A stretch of DNA of 64,000 nt from an uncultured Lishizhenia sp. (GTDB lineage: Bacteria; Bacteroidota; Bacteroidia; Flavobacteriales_D; Crocinitomicaceae). The notes under the pieces were generated by a model, which had not been told where the DNA came from, made no database searches, and saw only the letters and a list, made by a program, of their open reading frames with translations. Location of the stretch: positions 5,605 to 69,604 of the forward strand of contig CAZPWB010000003.1 in NCBI GenBank assembly GCA_964590425.1, in the 5' to 3' direction. Below, one piece after another: positions 1 through 9,462 of the stretch (positions are counted from its first letter, which is position 1; the number at the start of each line of letters is the position of its first letter). The position numbers were made by a program, and so were the translations under genes.

Positions 1-302
1 TCTAGATTGAGGATGTAAGCACCAGGTTTCCATGTTTTAGTGTCCAGAAAATAGATTTCTTTAGCTTTTGGCTGCTTCACTTCAAAAACAATAGAATCTG
101 CAATGCTCAGTGTAACTGCTGCAACCTCATCATTACTCGTGATCGGAAGTGCAATAGTTTGGCCATAGGCGGTGGCCAAATTTTCTTTGAAGCCAAAAGT
201 AGCAGCAGCAGTTTGATCTTGTGCGTCATCTTTTGTAAAAAGCGGTGCTAAAAAACCAACTAGTAAACCAATGACCAATAACCAAATGATAATTTTCTTC
301 AT
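1..302 (-). CDS. hypothetical exported or membrane-anchored protein, N-terminal part only (gene runs off the window start)
   Basis: Hand translation of the minus strand from ATG 302..300 gives MKKIIIWLLVIGLLVGFLAPLFTKDDAQDQ..., with no stop in this frame down to nt 3. The N-terminus is hydrophobic. Absent from the ORF track because it is edge-truncated. Confidence 0.45.
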   Translation of the reverse strand, partial: MKKIIIWLLVIGLLVGFLAPLFTKDDAQDQTAAATFGFKENLATAYGQTIALPITSNDEVAAVTLSIADSIVFEVKQPKAKEIYFLDTKTWKPGAYILNL

Positions 303-311
303 GGAAAGCAC

Positions 312-644
312 TTAAATTTTTTCAAGAATTGCCAAGGCATCAATGAGGCCATGACTAGCCGTATAAATGACCTCGCCGTTTTGGATAACAATACACTGAG
401 GAGATTCGTGTTGGACTTTTGTGTCCGAGGCAATTTGATCTGATAACGAACGAAAGCTGATGAGATCTAGGTGCCAACATGGTATAACTTTGCTTTTAAA
501 AAGCTCACTTTGTTCAAAGCGGCGCTCGGCCATGGCTGAAATGGAGCAACGCGTACTGTGTTTAAACACCACTTGAGCTTGCTCAAAAGAAGCTTTTTGA
601 ACTTCCTGCCATTGTTTCAAATCAGATAGATGCTGCCAACTCAT
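312..644 (-). CDS. ytxJ: YtxJ-like thioredoxin-fold monothiol protein (bacillithiol-system associated family)
   Basis: 110 aa. Single-Cys motif HSTRCSIS resembles the YtxJ T-C-P-I-S site. The start overlaps the pheS stop in an ATGA junction (641..644). Confidence 0.65.
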   Translation of the reverse strand: MSWQHLSDLKQWQEVQKASFEQAQVVFKHSTRCSISAMAERRFEQSELFKSKVIPCWHLDLISFRSLSDQIASDTKVQHESPQCIVIQNGEVIYTASHGLIDALAILEKI

Positions 645-1660
645 GATACACCTGGGGTAAATTGTTTAAGAAAACGGATGTCATTTTCAGAATAGAGTCT
701 GAGGTCTGTAACCCGATACTTGAGTTGTGCAATGCGCTCCACGCCCATACCGAAGGCAAATCCGCTGTATGTTTTTGAGTCAATGCCGCAGGCGTCGAGT
801 ACATTCGGGTCAACCATGCCGCAACCCATAATTTCAAGCCAGCCTGTATATTTACAGACATTACAACCTTTACCAGCACATAATGAGCAAGAGACGTCTA
901 CCTCTGCGCTTGGCTCAGTAAAAGGGAAATAAGATGGTCTGAGGCGAATTTTTGTTTGTTCTCCGAAAAGTTCTTGGGCAAAAAACAAAAGCGTTTGTTT
1001 GAGGTCTGCAAAAGAGACATTTTGATCGATGTACAAGCCTTCCACCTGATGAAAGAAACAATGTGCACGCGCAGAAATGGCTTCGTTTCGGTAAACACGC
1101 CCTGGTGAAATAGTGCGGATAGGTGGTTTTTCGTGTTCCATGACGCGTACCTGCACACTGCTGGTATGGGTACGCAGCGCCCATTCTTGTTCGCCTTTTT
1201 CAATGAAAAAAGTATCTTGCATGTCGCGGGCTGGATGCTCTGGCGGAAAATTCAGCGCGCTAAAGTTATGCCAGTCATCTTCAATTTCTGGGCCTTCAGA
1301 GACTACAAAACCAATGCGATTGAAAATTTCAACAATTTCGCGGCGAATTAAAGATAGCGGATGATGTGAACCAACACCAGGGTCTGATGCGGGTTTGCTC
1401 AAATCTTCTTTTTGAGACTGATTTTGAGCCACGGTGAAAGCCGCTTTTGCAGCAGTATATATTTCTTCTGCTTTTTGCTTGAGTTCATTCACTTGTTGAC
1501 CGTAAGCGCGCTTTTGATCATTGGGAATATCTTTGAGCGCAGCATAAAGGTCTTTAAGTATATTTTTAGAACCCAAAAAACGGATTCTAAATTGTTCTAG
1601 TTCGGTTTCGTTCTGGATGGTAACCGATAAAAGCTCTTTTGATAAATCTTCGATGTTCAT
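641..1660 (-). CDS. pheS: phenylalanine--tRNA ligase alpha subunit
   Basis: 339 aa with class II aaRS motifs HPLSLIRREIVEIF, FPPEHPARDMQDTFF, LRPSYFPFTEPSAEVD and FGMGVERIA. Confidence 0.95.
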   Translation of the reverse strand: MNIEDLSKELLSVTIQNETELEQFRIRFLGSKNILKDLYAALKDIPNDQKRAYGQQVNELKQKAEEIYTAAKAAFTVAQNQSQKEDLSKPASDPGVGSHHPLSLIRREIVEIFNRIGFVVSEGPEIEDDWHNFSALNFPPEHPARDMQDTFFIEKGEQEWALRTHTSSVQVRVMEHEKPPIRTISPGRVYRNEAISARAHCFFHQVEGLYIDQNVSFADLKQTLLFFAQELFGEQTKIRLRPSYFPFTEPSAEVDVSCSLCAGKGCNVCKYTGWLEIMGCGMVDPNVLDACGIDSKTYSGFAFGMGVERIAQLKYRVTDLRLYSENDIRFLKQFTPGVS

Positions 1661-1716
1661 TTTTCTGCAGCAAAATTGTAACCTTTTGAGGCCGCAACTT
1701 GTTTAAGTTGTTGGTC

Positions 1717-2121
1717 ATGGGTTATATGCAAATGTACGAGAAAAAAAAGCTGCTGCGTTCCGCACTAATCGGTTTTGTAGGATTTATCGTGCTACTTAGC
1801 TTTTTTAGTAGCTGTAAAGAACCTGCACCCACCACATTAGAGGTCAGTGTTATCACGGACGCTGGTGTCATTTTACCCAACGCCAAAGTTTGGCTCAAAG
1901 CAGAGCCCACAGATACTGCCCACAATGCCATCTCTATTGATGACAGCACCTCAACAGATGCATCCGGAAAAGCTTATTTTGATCTTAGTTCTTATTACAA
2001 ACCGGGGCAAATTGGCGTCATGATTATTAAAGTAAATGGCTTCTATTTTGGCCTTGCGGGTTCAGTTATTGCTGAAATTAAAGAAGAACAACGCAATCAA
2101 GTACTACTCACCTTACAATAA
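1717..2121 (+). CDS. small lipoprotein, paralog 1 of a tandem trio (carboxypeptidase-regulatory-like beta-sandwich suspected)
   Basis: Signal peptide ends in the lipobox-like FFSSC. Motif IDDSTSTDASGKAYFDL is shared with the two downstream ORFs. Start is uncertain: TTG 1699 in the track, ATGs at 1717, 1726 and 1732. Confidence 0.55.
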   Translation: MGYMQMYEKKKLLRSALIGFVGFIVLLSFFSSCKEPAPTTLEVSVITDAGVILPNAKVWLKAEPTDTAHNAISIDDSTSTDASGKAYFDLSSYYKPGQIGVMIIKVNGFYFGLAGSVIAEIKEEQRNQVLLTLQ

Positions 2122-2183
2122 AGTGCTGTAGCTGAAGTTTTAAAATTTGAAAAATAACTGTAAATTTGGGACATTCGAAACCT

Positions 2184-2555
2184 ATGAAAACATTATTAAC
2201 TAGCCTACTCGCCGTTTCATTGCTCTTTATTTTGGGCAGCTGTGAGCCAACAGACCCTGCGGTCATTAAAGTCTTTGTCCGCTCTTCTTCAAACCAACTC
2301 ATTGATGGTGCTAAGGTCATTATCATTGGAGACATGCAGTCTGAGCCAGCCACTTTAGAGTGGGTTGACACCACTTACACCAATTCTTCAGGCTTTACTA
2401 CTTTTGATATGAATCCATATTTTGCCATTTCAGGAGAAAACGGCAAAACAGGTTATTTCGATATCATTGTCAAGTACAACAACAAAACAGCCTATGGCTA
2501 CACGCGTGCCAAAGTGCACACAACCGCAGTTGAAACCATCTACTTACCCAACTAA
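2184..2555 (+). CDS. small lipoprotein, paralog 2 of tandem trio
   Basis: MKTLLTSLLAVSLLFILGSC signal/lipobox from ATG 2184 (the track start at 2166 is TTG). Shared motif VDTTYTNSSGFTTFDM. Confidence 0.6.
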   Translation: MKTLLTSLLAVSLLFILGSCEPTDPAVIKVFVRSSSNQLIDGAKVIIIGDMQSEPATLEWVDTTYTNSSGFTTFDMNPYFAISGENGKTGYFDIIVKYNNKTAYGYTRAKVHTTAVETIYLPN

Positions 2556-2564
2556 GAAGCACTC

Positions 2565-2933
2565 ATGAAAAAGTTCATCCTATTATCTTTCGCCGCTGTA
2601 TCTTTAGTTTCTATGACTTCATGTCGTAAAAAACTAGATACCATTGCACACATTTATGTCAAGGACGAAACCAATGCTAGTGTTTCAAACGCAATGGTTG
2701 TACTTTACGGCACCAATACTCAAAGTACACCACAACAAGTAGCGGTTTACGACACTACTTACACCAATGCAAATGGTTTAGCTACCTTCAATTACAACGA
2801 GCTTTACCAACTCGGACAAGCAGGTGTTGCTGTTCTTGATATCAAGGCACAAAAAGGCAACAAAGTAGGTCAAGGCATTATTAAAATTGAGCCTGAAACG
2901 ATCAACGAAGAGACCGTTTACATTCAGCCTTAA
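2565..2933 (+). CDS. small lipoprotein, paralog 3 of tandem trio
   Basis: MKKFILLSFAAVSLVSMTSC signal/lipobox. Shared motif YDTTYTNANGLATFNY. Confidence 0.6.
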   Translation: MKKFILLSFAAVSLVSMTSCRKKLDTIAHIYVKDETNASVSNAMVVLYGTNTQSTPQQVAVYDTTYTNANGLATFNYNELYQLGQAGVAVLDIKAQKGNKVGQGIIKIEPETINEETVYIQP

Positions 2934-3275
2934 TTAAGCTACAATCTTCTTGAACAAGCCTTCTTGATCCCCTAGAAGTTCTTCTAGGTCTAACGACTGC
3001 TGTACTTCTTCCGGGAAACTAATTTGATATTCAGTGAGAAAGCCAAACTCATAACGGCACATAAACTCACTGACCTCCAGGCCCGTTGATTTTTGCAACC
3101 TATTGATCACGCCATTCAATCTTGACATCTTAATGACAAGCTTTGTCTCATAGAATAAGACGTCATCTTGCATGAGGCCTGTTATGGTTACATCTGAATC
3201 TTGGTTGTTGAACCAAATGTGCTGAATTTTAAAAGTCTTGTTCATAGTGCGTCGTTTTGATGATACAAAGTTCAC
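2934..3275 (-). CDS. hypothetical protein
   Basis: 113-aa ORF with no recognisable motif. Alternative ATG at 3245 (MNKTFKIQHIW...). Abuts the convergent upstream gene with a 0-nt gap. Confidence 0.4.
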   Translation of the reverse strand: MNFVSSKRRTMNKTFKIQHIWFNNQDSDVTITGLMQDDVLFYETKLVIKMSRLNGVINRLQKSTGLEVSEFMCRYEFGFLTEYQISFPEEVQQSLDLEELLGDQEGLFKKIVA

Positions 3276-3336
3276 TCATAACATCGTAAACGTTTTACGT
3301 TCATTCTAAAATTACTGCTATTGCTGAATAATTCAC

Positions 3337-3344
3337 TAATTTTG
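3337..3344 (+). promoter_or_regulatory. TAnnTTTG -7 box (TAATTTTG) 4 nt upstream of the tatC ATG
   Basis: Exact match to the Bacteroidota primary-sigma -7 consensus. Confidence 0.4.
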
Positions 3345-3348
3345 CACC

Positions 3349-4128
3349 ATGGCTGAAGACCAACCTATGTCTTTTTTAGATCACCTCGAAGAACTTCGGT
3401 GGCGCTTACTGCGTGCCGCAATTGCGGTCATCGTCTTTGCAAGTATAATATGGGTTTATCAGCGAGAAATCATGGAAGGCATCTTCCTAAACATGGTCGA
3501 CCCAAATTTTGTTAGTTTCCGCCTCCTCTGCGAATACTTAGGTGTTTGTGTAGAACAGATTCATGTCGATTTTCAAAGTACAACACTTTCTGGGCAGTTT
3601 TCTTATGCCCTCATGATGAGTATTATGGGTGGAGTAGTCTTGGCCTTTCCCTACATTTTTTACCAACTTTGGGCCTTTGTCAAACCCGGCCTTAAATTAA
3701 GCGAAAGGAAAATGGCAAGAGGTATTGTCTTTTACGTAAGTATCCTTTTCTTTTCAGGGATTTTATTCGGCTATTATGTTGTTGCACCCCTTAGTGTACA
3801 GTTTTTTGGCGCGTTTCAAATCACACCTGAAATCAAAACCGACGTCACTATCGCTTCTTACATGAGCACAGTCCTCTCCACAGTATTTTACACCGGTTTG
3901 TTTTTTCTCTTTCCAATCGTCACCTTTCTACTCGTTAAAATTGGCTTGTTTACGCCCGATTTTTTAATTAAGTACCGCAAGCATGCAATTGTGGTCATCC
4001 TGATTCTAGCAGCCGTCATTACCCCGCCAGATGTGATTTCTCAGGTAATTGTTACTATACCAATTTACTTGCTTTTTGAAATCAGCATTTTAGTTGCAAA
4101 GCGTGTGAGCAAAGCAGAGGAACAATAA
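3349..4128 (+). CDS. tatC: twin-arginine translocase subunit TatC
   Basis: 259 aa, polytopic. N-terminal MSFLDHLEELRWRLLRA is typical of TatC, and six hydrophobic segments follow. Confidence 0.9.
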   Translation: MAEDQPMSFLDHLEELRWRLLRAAIAVIVFASIIWVYQREIMEGIFLNMVDPNFVSFRLLCEYLGVCVEQIHVDFQSTTLSGQFSYALMMSIMGGVVLAFPYIFYQLWAFVKPGLKLSERKMARGIVFYVSILFFSGILFGYYVVAPLSVQFFGAFQITPEIKTDVTIASYMSTVLSTVFYTGLFFLFPIVTFLLVKIGLFTPDFLIKYRKHAIVVILILAAVITPPDVISQVIVTIPIYLLFEISILVAKRVSKAEEQ

Positions 4129-4162
4129 TTTCATGATTTGAATTTTTAGTACTTTCGCTACA

Positions 4163-4900
4163 GTGAAGCTCTCAACAGAAAATATCAGCAAGGCCTACCG
4201 CGGTCGTCAGGTAGTGGATGGCGTTAGTATTGAAGTAAACCAAGGTGAAATTGTTGGCCTACTTGGACCAAATGGCGCTGGTAAAACCACGTCATTTTAT
4301 ATGATGGTAGGGCTCGTTAGACCTGACTCCGGAACCGTATTCTTGGACCAGACCGACATCACGAAATATCCGATGTACAAGCGCGCTCAGTTGGGTCTTG
4401 GCTACTTGCCACAGGAAGTATCTGTTTTTAGAAAACTAAGTGTTGAAGACAACATCATGGCCATTCTAGAAATGGGACCACTCAAACCTAAAGAAAGAAC
4501 TGAAAAACTTGAGCAACTCCTCGAAGAATTCAGCCTTACCCATGTCCGTAAAAATTTAGGCAACCGACTCTCGGGTGGTGAAAAACGACGCACCGAAATT
4601 GCCAGAGCATTGGCTACAGATCCGAAGTTTGTTTTACTCGATGAACCCTTTGCTGGCGTTGACCCTATTGCCGTTGAAGATATCCAGAGTATCGTCTCCG
4701 ATTTGCGCAAAAAAAATATCGGAATCTTAATTACCGACCACAACGTTCAAGAAACGCTTTCTATTACAGACCGCGCTTACCTGCTTTTTGAGGGTAAAAT
4801 CTTGAAGTCTGGTACTGCTGAAGAATTAGCAGCTGATGAACAAGTTAGAAAAGTTTATTTAGGGCAGAATTTTGTATTGCGCAATTCATCAGCGCAATAA
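4163..4900 (+). CDS. lptB: LPS export ABC transporter ATP-binding protein LptB
   Basis: 245 aa. Walker [10 protein letters not shown], signature LSGGEKRR, Walker B LLDEPF. GTG start. The single-NBD size and position after tatC fit LptB. Confidence 0.85.
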   Translation: MKLSTENISKAYRGRQVVDGVSIEVNQGEIVGLLGPNGAGKTTSFYMMVGLVRPDSGTVFLDQTDITKYPMYKRAQLGLGYLPQEVSVFRKLSVEDNIMAILEMGPLKPKERTEKLEQLLEEFSLTHVRKNLGNRLSGGEKRRTEIARALATDPKFVLLDEPFAGVDPIAVEDIQSIVSDLRKKNIGILITDHNVQETLSITDRAYLLFEGKILKSGTAEELAADEQVRKVYLGQNFVLRNSSAQ

Positions 4901-7570
4901 ATTCACTAGGCCTTCATACTGACGCATGATTTGTGGTTCATGACAAGGTTTGAATTTTAACACATAGTTGTATTGCCCATCCTGACACGCTAAACCTTTA
5001 AATGTACCGTCCCAACCTGTGTTTAAATTATCCGTTTCAAAAACACATTCGCCCCAGCGGTTATAAATTTTCAAGGTGCATTCAAATACTTCAAAGTCAG
5101 TTACGATCTGGAAAACATCATTTCTGCCATTTTGGTCAGGAATAAATGTATTCGGTGCATAAATGCTAAATGGAGCAACCTCTACCCTTGCGTAAGCAGT
5201 ATCAGTACATCCAAAAGTATTAGCTACCACTTGCATCGGGAAATCAGTGCCGCCGGTCTGATACGCGTGAATAAAATTAGCATCGTAATAAACATAGCCA
5301 CGGTCCTCTACATAATAGGAATAAGTGGCCGCTGAAACTGCCTGACTCGTAAATGTCACCTCATTGTTACACACGTCTACCTCGAGAGGATTTACCGTAA
5401 AACCAGCCTGCGGGCTCGGATGCACAGTTACTAAATCTTGCTGCGCCATAAACAAAGTATCTAGACAGCCCGCTTGTTCTTGAAGCGTTAGCGTGACCGT
5501 ATAACTCCCGGGTGTAGTATACACATGCGTTGGATTAAATGCCTGAGACGTTGTTCCATCGCCGAAATTCCAAATAAATTGTGTGGCCACTTCTGTCTGA
5601 CTCAGGTTGATAAACTGAGCAACTGACGGCGCACATTGAAGAGACTCTAAGAAAATAAAATCAATGGAAGGATGACCAAAAACTCGTACAATTTCAGTTA
5701 AAGTATCTGCACATTCCGGATTCTGACCAATGAGTTGCACTTGTTGGAAGCCATTTTGCTGAAAATACACCTGATTACCCATTAATTGTGCACTTGTTTG
5801 TGGATTGGCATTGGGGCCAAAATTCCAAAAATATTGGGTGCCTACAGGGCCGCTTACCTGTGCATCAAAAGCAAAAGCAAAATCGATGCACAAAGAATCG
5901 GAGTGCGTCATGCTTAAGATAATTGGCTCTTCTATCTGTACAAGAGTAGTAGCGGTGTCGGTACAAGCTCCTGTGCTAGATGCTATAAGTATGACTGGAT
6001 AAAGCCCGGGCGCCGGAAAAGTAACAGTTGGTGAGATTTGAGTGCTGGTTTGGCCAAAGCCAAAATCCCAGGAATAGTTGAAAGTGTTCTGAGAATTATT
6101 AGTAAACCCGATGGTGTAGCCCAAGCACTGCACCTGGTTTGGTACAATAAAATCAGCAATAGGGTCACCAAATAAAAGAATTGAATCTGTGTAGCTAGCT
6201 TGACAAAAATTGGTTTGCGCTTCCAGAACAACCGGCTGATAACCTGCCTGGCTAAAAGTGACATTGGACACCGTTGAGCCTTGGACCTGAACAACGGAAG
6301 CACTCGGTGAAAAGGTCCAAGAGAAGGTCGCTGTTGGATCTGTAGCTTGGGCATTAAAGGTTACGAGTGCTTGGCTTAGACACAAGGAATCTGGAGCAGA
6401 CCAACTTGTGGTCAATGGGTTATTGACAATGATATCAATATATGCCGTATCGGTACAATTGTTTCCGGGGTTTACAATCAGTTGAGCTGTATAAGAACCA
6501 GGTGCAGGAAAGGTATAACTAGGCTCAAACAGGTTGCTTTGGTCCGAGGTCGTATTTTGCACACCGAAATCCCAATTATAGGTGGTGCCACCAAAAGAAT
6601 TATTTTCAAAATTGACAGTTAGCCCATCGCAATAGCCATTGAACGTTGGCAGCTGATCTTGAGTAGGTAGAATAGCCGCTAACTGAATATTACAATCAAA
6701 AACTCTAAACAAGAAGTCACGGACGGTTTCACCAATTAATTGACCATTACGATATTCTTGTACCCTCACACCAACCACAAATAAACCCAACAAATTTGGA
6801 TTCACGGTAAGAAGACCTGTATTTGGATGTATAATTGTGGATGATCCGGGCCCCAAGGGAACTTGTGCATTGAATATCGTTTGCCAAGTAACGGGAAAAT
6901 AAGGCGGTGGGGGCATTTGCAAGGGCTGTGGATTATTTGAACTTGCTCCTGTATTTGGCGTTATCAATGAATAAACGAGTTGATCGCCATCAGGATCTGT
7001 AGCCGAATGATCAAATACAAGTTGGTCATTATTACACAATAAAACCGGCGGGTAATTTGTGAAGCGAGGGCTACTGTTAATACTTGCCCCTGTATTTGAG
7101 CCAGGCACTTGAGCCACAAGCGTTAAGCCTGTGTCGTCAGGAAATTGGAGATTGGTAATATTTGGACCTCGGCAACAGCGCTGATAAGATACAGTATAAC
7201 CACCTGGTATCGGCGGCAAAGTAAGAACTACCTGATAAATAGCGCGCTCTACACATATGCCCGAAGGTTGGGTTGCACACGGATTATTGAAATTATTGGG
7301 CAAGACAACTGAACCAGGAAAAGGTACTTGAACCGTTTGGAAATGCACATTCCCTTGCACGAAAACAGAAAGATAAAGTGGGTCATCAAACTCAGCTCCT
7401 GTTGAAGCGCAATCGCGGTAAAGCGTTATAAAAAATCGATACTGGTTGTTGCCTAGAAAATCATAATAAATGTCTCCGCCTATTATATGAGAAGCCCTTA
7501 CCTGCTGAAACAACAAGCAAAACATAAAGGAGAGAAGTAGGCTGAATCTTGGCACAATATAATAACGCAA
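4889..7570 (-). CDS. T9SS type B (gliding-motility-associated) C-terminal-domain cargo protein with PKD-like repeats
   Basis: 893 aa with a signal peptide (TTG start). Repeated NWDFG/WDFGFG/WNFGDG PKD-like modules. C-terminal ...[12 protein letters not shown]...[11 protein letters not shown]...GWDGTFKG... matches the type B sorting-domain pattern. Confidence 0.85.
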   Translation of the reverse strand: MRYYIVPRFSLLLSFMFCLLFQQVRASHIIGGDIYYDFLGNNQYRFFITLYRDCASTGAEFDDPLYLSVFVQGNVHFQTVQVPFPGSVVLPNNFNNPCATQPSGICVERAIYQVVLTLPPIPGGYTVSYQRCCRGPNITNLQFPDDTGLTLVAQVPGSNTGASINSSPRFTNYPPVLLCNNDQLVFDHSATDPDGDQLVYSLITPNTGASSNNPQPLQMPPPPYFPVTWQTIFNAQVPLGPGSSTIIHPNTGLLTVNPNLLGLFVVGVRVQEYRNGQLIGETVRDFLFRVFDCNIQLAAILPTQDQLPTFNGYCDGLTVNFENNSFGGTTYNWDFGVQNTTSDQSNLFEPSYTFPAPGSYTAQLIVNPGNNCTDTAYIDIIVNNPLTTSWSAPDSLCLSQALVTFNAQATDPTATFSWTFSPSASVVQVQGSTVSNVTFSQAGYQPVVLEAQTNFCQASYTDSILLFGDPIADFIVPNQVQCLGYTIGFTNNSQNTFNYSWDFGFGQTSTQISPTVTFPAPGLYPVILIASSTGACTDTATTLVQIEEPIILSMTHSDSLCIDFAFAFDAQVSGPVGTQYFWNFGPNANPQTSAQLMGNQVYFQQNGFQQVQLIGQNPECADTLTEIVRVFGHPSIDFIFLESLQCAPSVAQFINLSQTEVATQFIWNFGDGTTSQAFNPTHVYTTPGSYTVTLTLQEQAGCLDTLFMAQQDLVTVHPSPQAGFTVNPLEVDVCNNEVTFTSQAVSAATYSYYVEDRGYVYYDANFIHAYQTGGTDFPMQVVANTFGCTDTAYARVEVAPFSIYAPNTFIPDQNGRNDVFQIVTDFEVFECTLKIYNRWGECVFETDNLNTGWDGTFKGLACQDGQYNYVLKFKPCHEPQIMRQYEGLVNLLR

Positions 7571-7602
7571 AAATAAGGCTTTGGTTGTTCGTGGACAAAC
7601 TG

Positions 7603-7610
7603 TAACTTTG
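7603..7610 (+). promoter_or_regulatory. TAnnTTTG -7 box (TAACTTTG) upstream of lpdA
   Basis: Exact consensus match, 17 nt before ATG 7628. Confidence 0.4.
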
Positions 7611-7627
7611 TAAAAAATTTATAGAAA

Positions 7628-9025
7628 ATGGATGCTTTTGATGTAGTAGTAATTGGTTCTGGGCCCGGTGGATATGTTTCAGCATTGCGTTGTGCGCAAT
7701 TAGGTTTAAAAACTGCCCTTATTGAAAAATACAACACCCTGGGTGGAACATGTTTAAACGTCGGCTGCATCCCGTCAAAAGCTTTACTTGACTCTTCGGA
7801 GCATTTCCATAATGCCCAGCATAATTTTACTGACCACGGAATTGAAATCAGTGGGCTCAAGGCAAATTTGGCTCAAATGATCGCTCGTAAAAATGAAGTG
7901 GTTTCACAGACATGTGCCGGAGTGAAGTTTTTGATGGATAAAAACAAAGTAACTGTTTATCACGGTTTGGGGTCTTTTGTAGATGCCAATACTATTCAAA
8001 TTTCAGGTGAGCAAAACACCCAGATTACTGGCAAAAACATCATCATTGCCACAGGAAGTAAGCCGAACTATTTCCCTGGCATGGAGCCCGACAAAAAGCG
8101 CATCATCACGTCTACAGAAGCGCTTAACATGACTGAAATACCTAAAAAAATGCTCGTCATTGGCGGAGGTGTAATCGGACTTGAATTAGGGTCTGTATAC
8201 GCACGCCTTGGCACAACTGTTGAGGTCATTGAGTTTGCCCCAAGTATTTTGCCAACAATGGATGCAGGTGTTGGTAAAGAATTTACCAAAATCTTGAAAA
8301 AAGAAGGTTTTAAATTCCATCTTGAACACAAGGTTTTGGGTGTTAAAAACAAAGGCAAGCACGTTGAACTCACCGCTGAAAACAAAAAAGGTGAAGTGGT
8401 AACACTTGAGGCCGATTACTGCCTGGTAGCTGTTGGCCGTAAACCTTACACTGAAGGGCTTGGCCTTGAAAAAGCTGGTGTTCATATGAACCAACGTGGT
8501 CAAATAGAGGTCAATGATCTGTTGCAAACCAACCAAGCACACATCTATGCCATCGGTGATGTCGTTAGAGGCGCCATGCTTGCTCATAAAGCTGAAGAAG
8601 AAGGCGTATTTGTAGCTGAAAAAATTGCCGGACAGCATCCACATATCAATTACAACCTCATCCCAGGTGTGGTTTATACTTGGCCTGAAATTGCAGCTGT
8701 TGGTAAAACTGAAGAAGAACTCAAAGCAGCAGGCATCAGTTATAAAGCCGGATCTTTCCCGATTAAAGCATTAGGAAGAGCACGTGCGAGTATGGATACT
8801 AGTGGTTTTGTCAAAATTTTAGCCGACAGCCAAACTGACGAAATTTTAGGGGTACACATGATAGCTGCGCGTGCAGCTGACCTCATTATGGAAGCCGTGA
8901 CTGCCATGGAATACCGTGCATCAGCTGAAGATATTGCTAGAATTTGTCATGGTCACCCGACTTATTCTGAAGCCATTAAAGAAGCTGCCTTAGCCGCCAC
9001 TGCAGACCGCGCTTTACACGTCTAA
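7628..9025 (+). CDS. lpdA: dihydrolipoyl dehydrogenase
   Basis: 465 aa. FAD motif GSGPGGY, redox disulfide GGTCLNVGCIPSK, C-terminal HGHPTYSE dimer-interface motif. Confidence 0.93.
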   Translation: MDAFDVVVIGSGPGGYVSALRCAQLGLKTALIEKYNTLGGTCLNVGCIPSKALLDSSEHFHNAQHNFTDHGIEISGLKANLAQMIARKNEVVSQTCAGVKFLMDKNKVTVYHGLGSFVDANTIQISGEQNTQITGKNIIIATGSKPNYFPGMEPDKKRIITSTEALNMTEIPKKMLVIGGGVIGLELGSVYARLGTTVEVIEFAPSILPTMDAGVGKEFTKILKKEGFKFHLEHKVLGVKNKGKHVELTAENKKGEVVTLEADYCLVAVGRKPYTEGLGLEKAGVHMNQRGQIEVNDLLQTNQAHIYAIGDVVRGAMLAHKAEEEGVFVAEKIAGQHPHINYNLIPGVVYTWPEIAAVGKTEEELKAAGISYKAGSFPIKALGRARASMDTSGFVKILADSQTDEILGVHMIAARAADLIMEAVTAMEYRASAEDIARICHGHPTYSEAIKEAALAATADRALHV

Positions 9026-9033
9026 ATCTGCTT

Positions 9034-9414
9034 TTACGGTAGCGGGCTAAATGCCTCCTTGATATGCACTAGTTCGGTGCTTTCTTGGTTGTGCACAATT
9101 GACACGATATCAAAACGCACTTCATGGGGCCACTGTATGGCTTTGGTGTAATAGTTGGCCACCCGAATAATTTGACGCTGTTTACCAAAATTTACTGCCT
9201 TCCAAGGTTCGCCAAGAGTGGCGCTTTGTCTGGTCTTAACTTCTATCATGACTAATGTATTTTGGTCAATCATGATGAGGTCAATTTCCATTCTGTTGAA
9301 GCGGTAATTAGTGCTTTTGAGCGTATAGCCTAATTTAAGTAAGTATTGCAAGGCGTAGTCTTCGCCCCATTTTCCGAGGAGGTCATGATGTTGCCAAATA
9401 TCCGTTAAGGTCAT
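9034..9414 (-). CDS. yraN: YraN family (UPF0102) endonuclease-like protein
   Basis: 126 aa. GEDYALQYL ... EIDLIM ... IEVKTR pattern typical of UPF0102. Confidence 0.75.
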   Translation of the reverse strand: MTLTDIWQHHDLLGKWGEDYALQYLLKLGYTLKSTNYRFNRMEIDLIMIDQNTLVMIEVKTRQSATLGEPWKAVNFGKQRQIIRVANYYTKAIQWPHEVRFDIVSIVHNQESTELVHIKEAFSPLP

Positions 9415-9462
9415 TCTCGAAATTAAGCCGAAATTGCTTGTATCTTTACAGTGAATTTACGT

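Noticed and set aside
8186-8644. Long antisense and alternate-frame ORFs inside well-supported genes. Examples: 8068..8385 and 8186..8644 in lpdA, 28080..29270 in mfd, 38112..38522 in the CotH gene, 5983..6354 in the PKD protein, and 59120..60582 in leuS.
   Set aside because: They lie wholly within genes that have strong motif support on the other strand or frame, and they have no motifs of their own. They are typical shadow ORFs.
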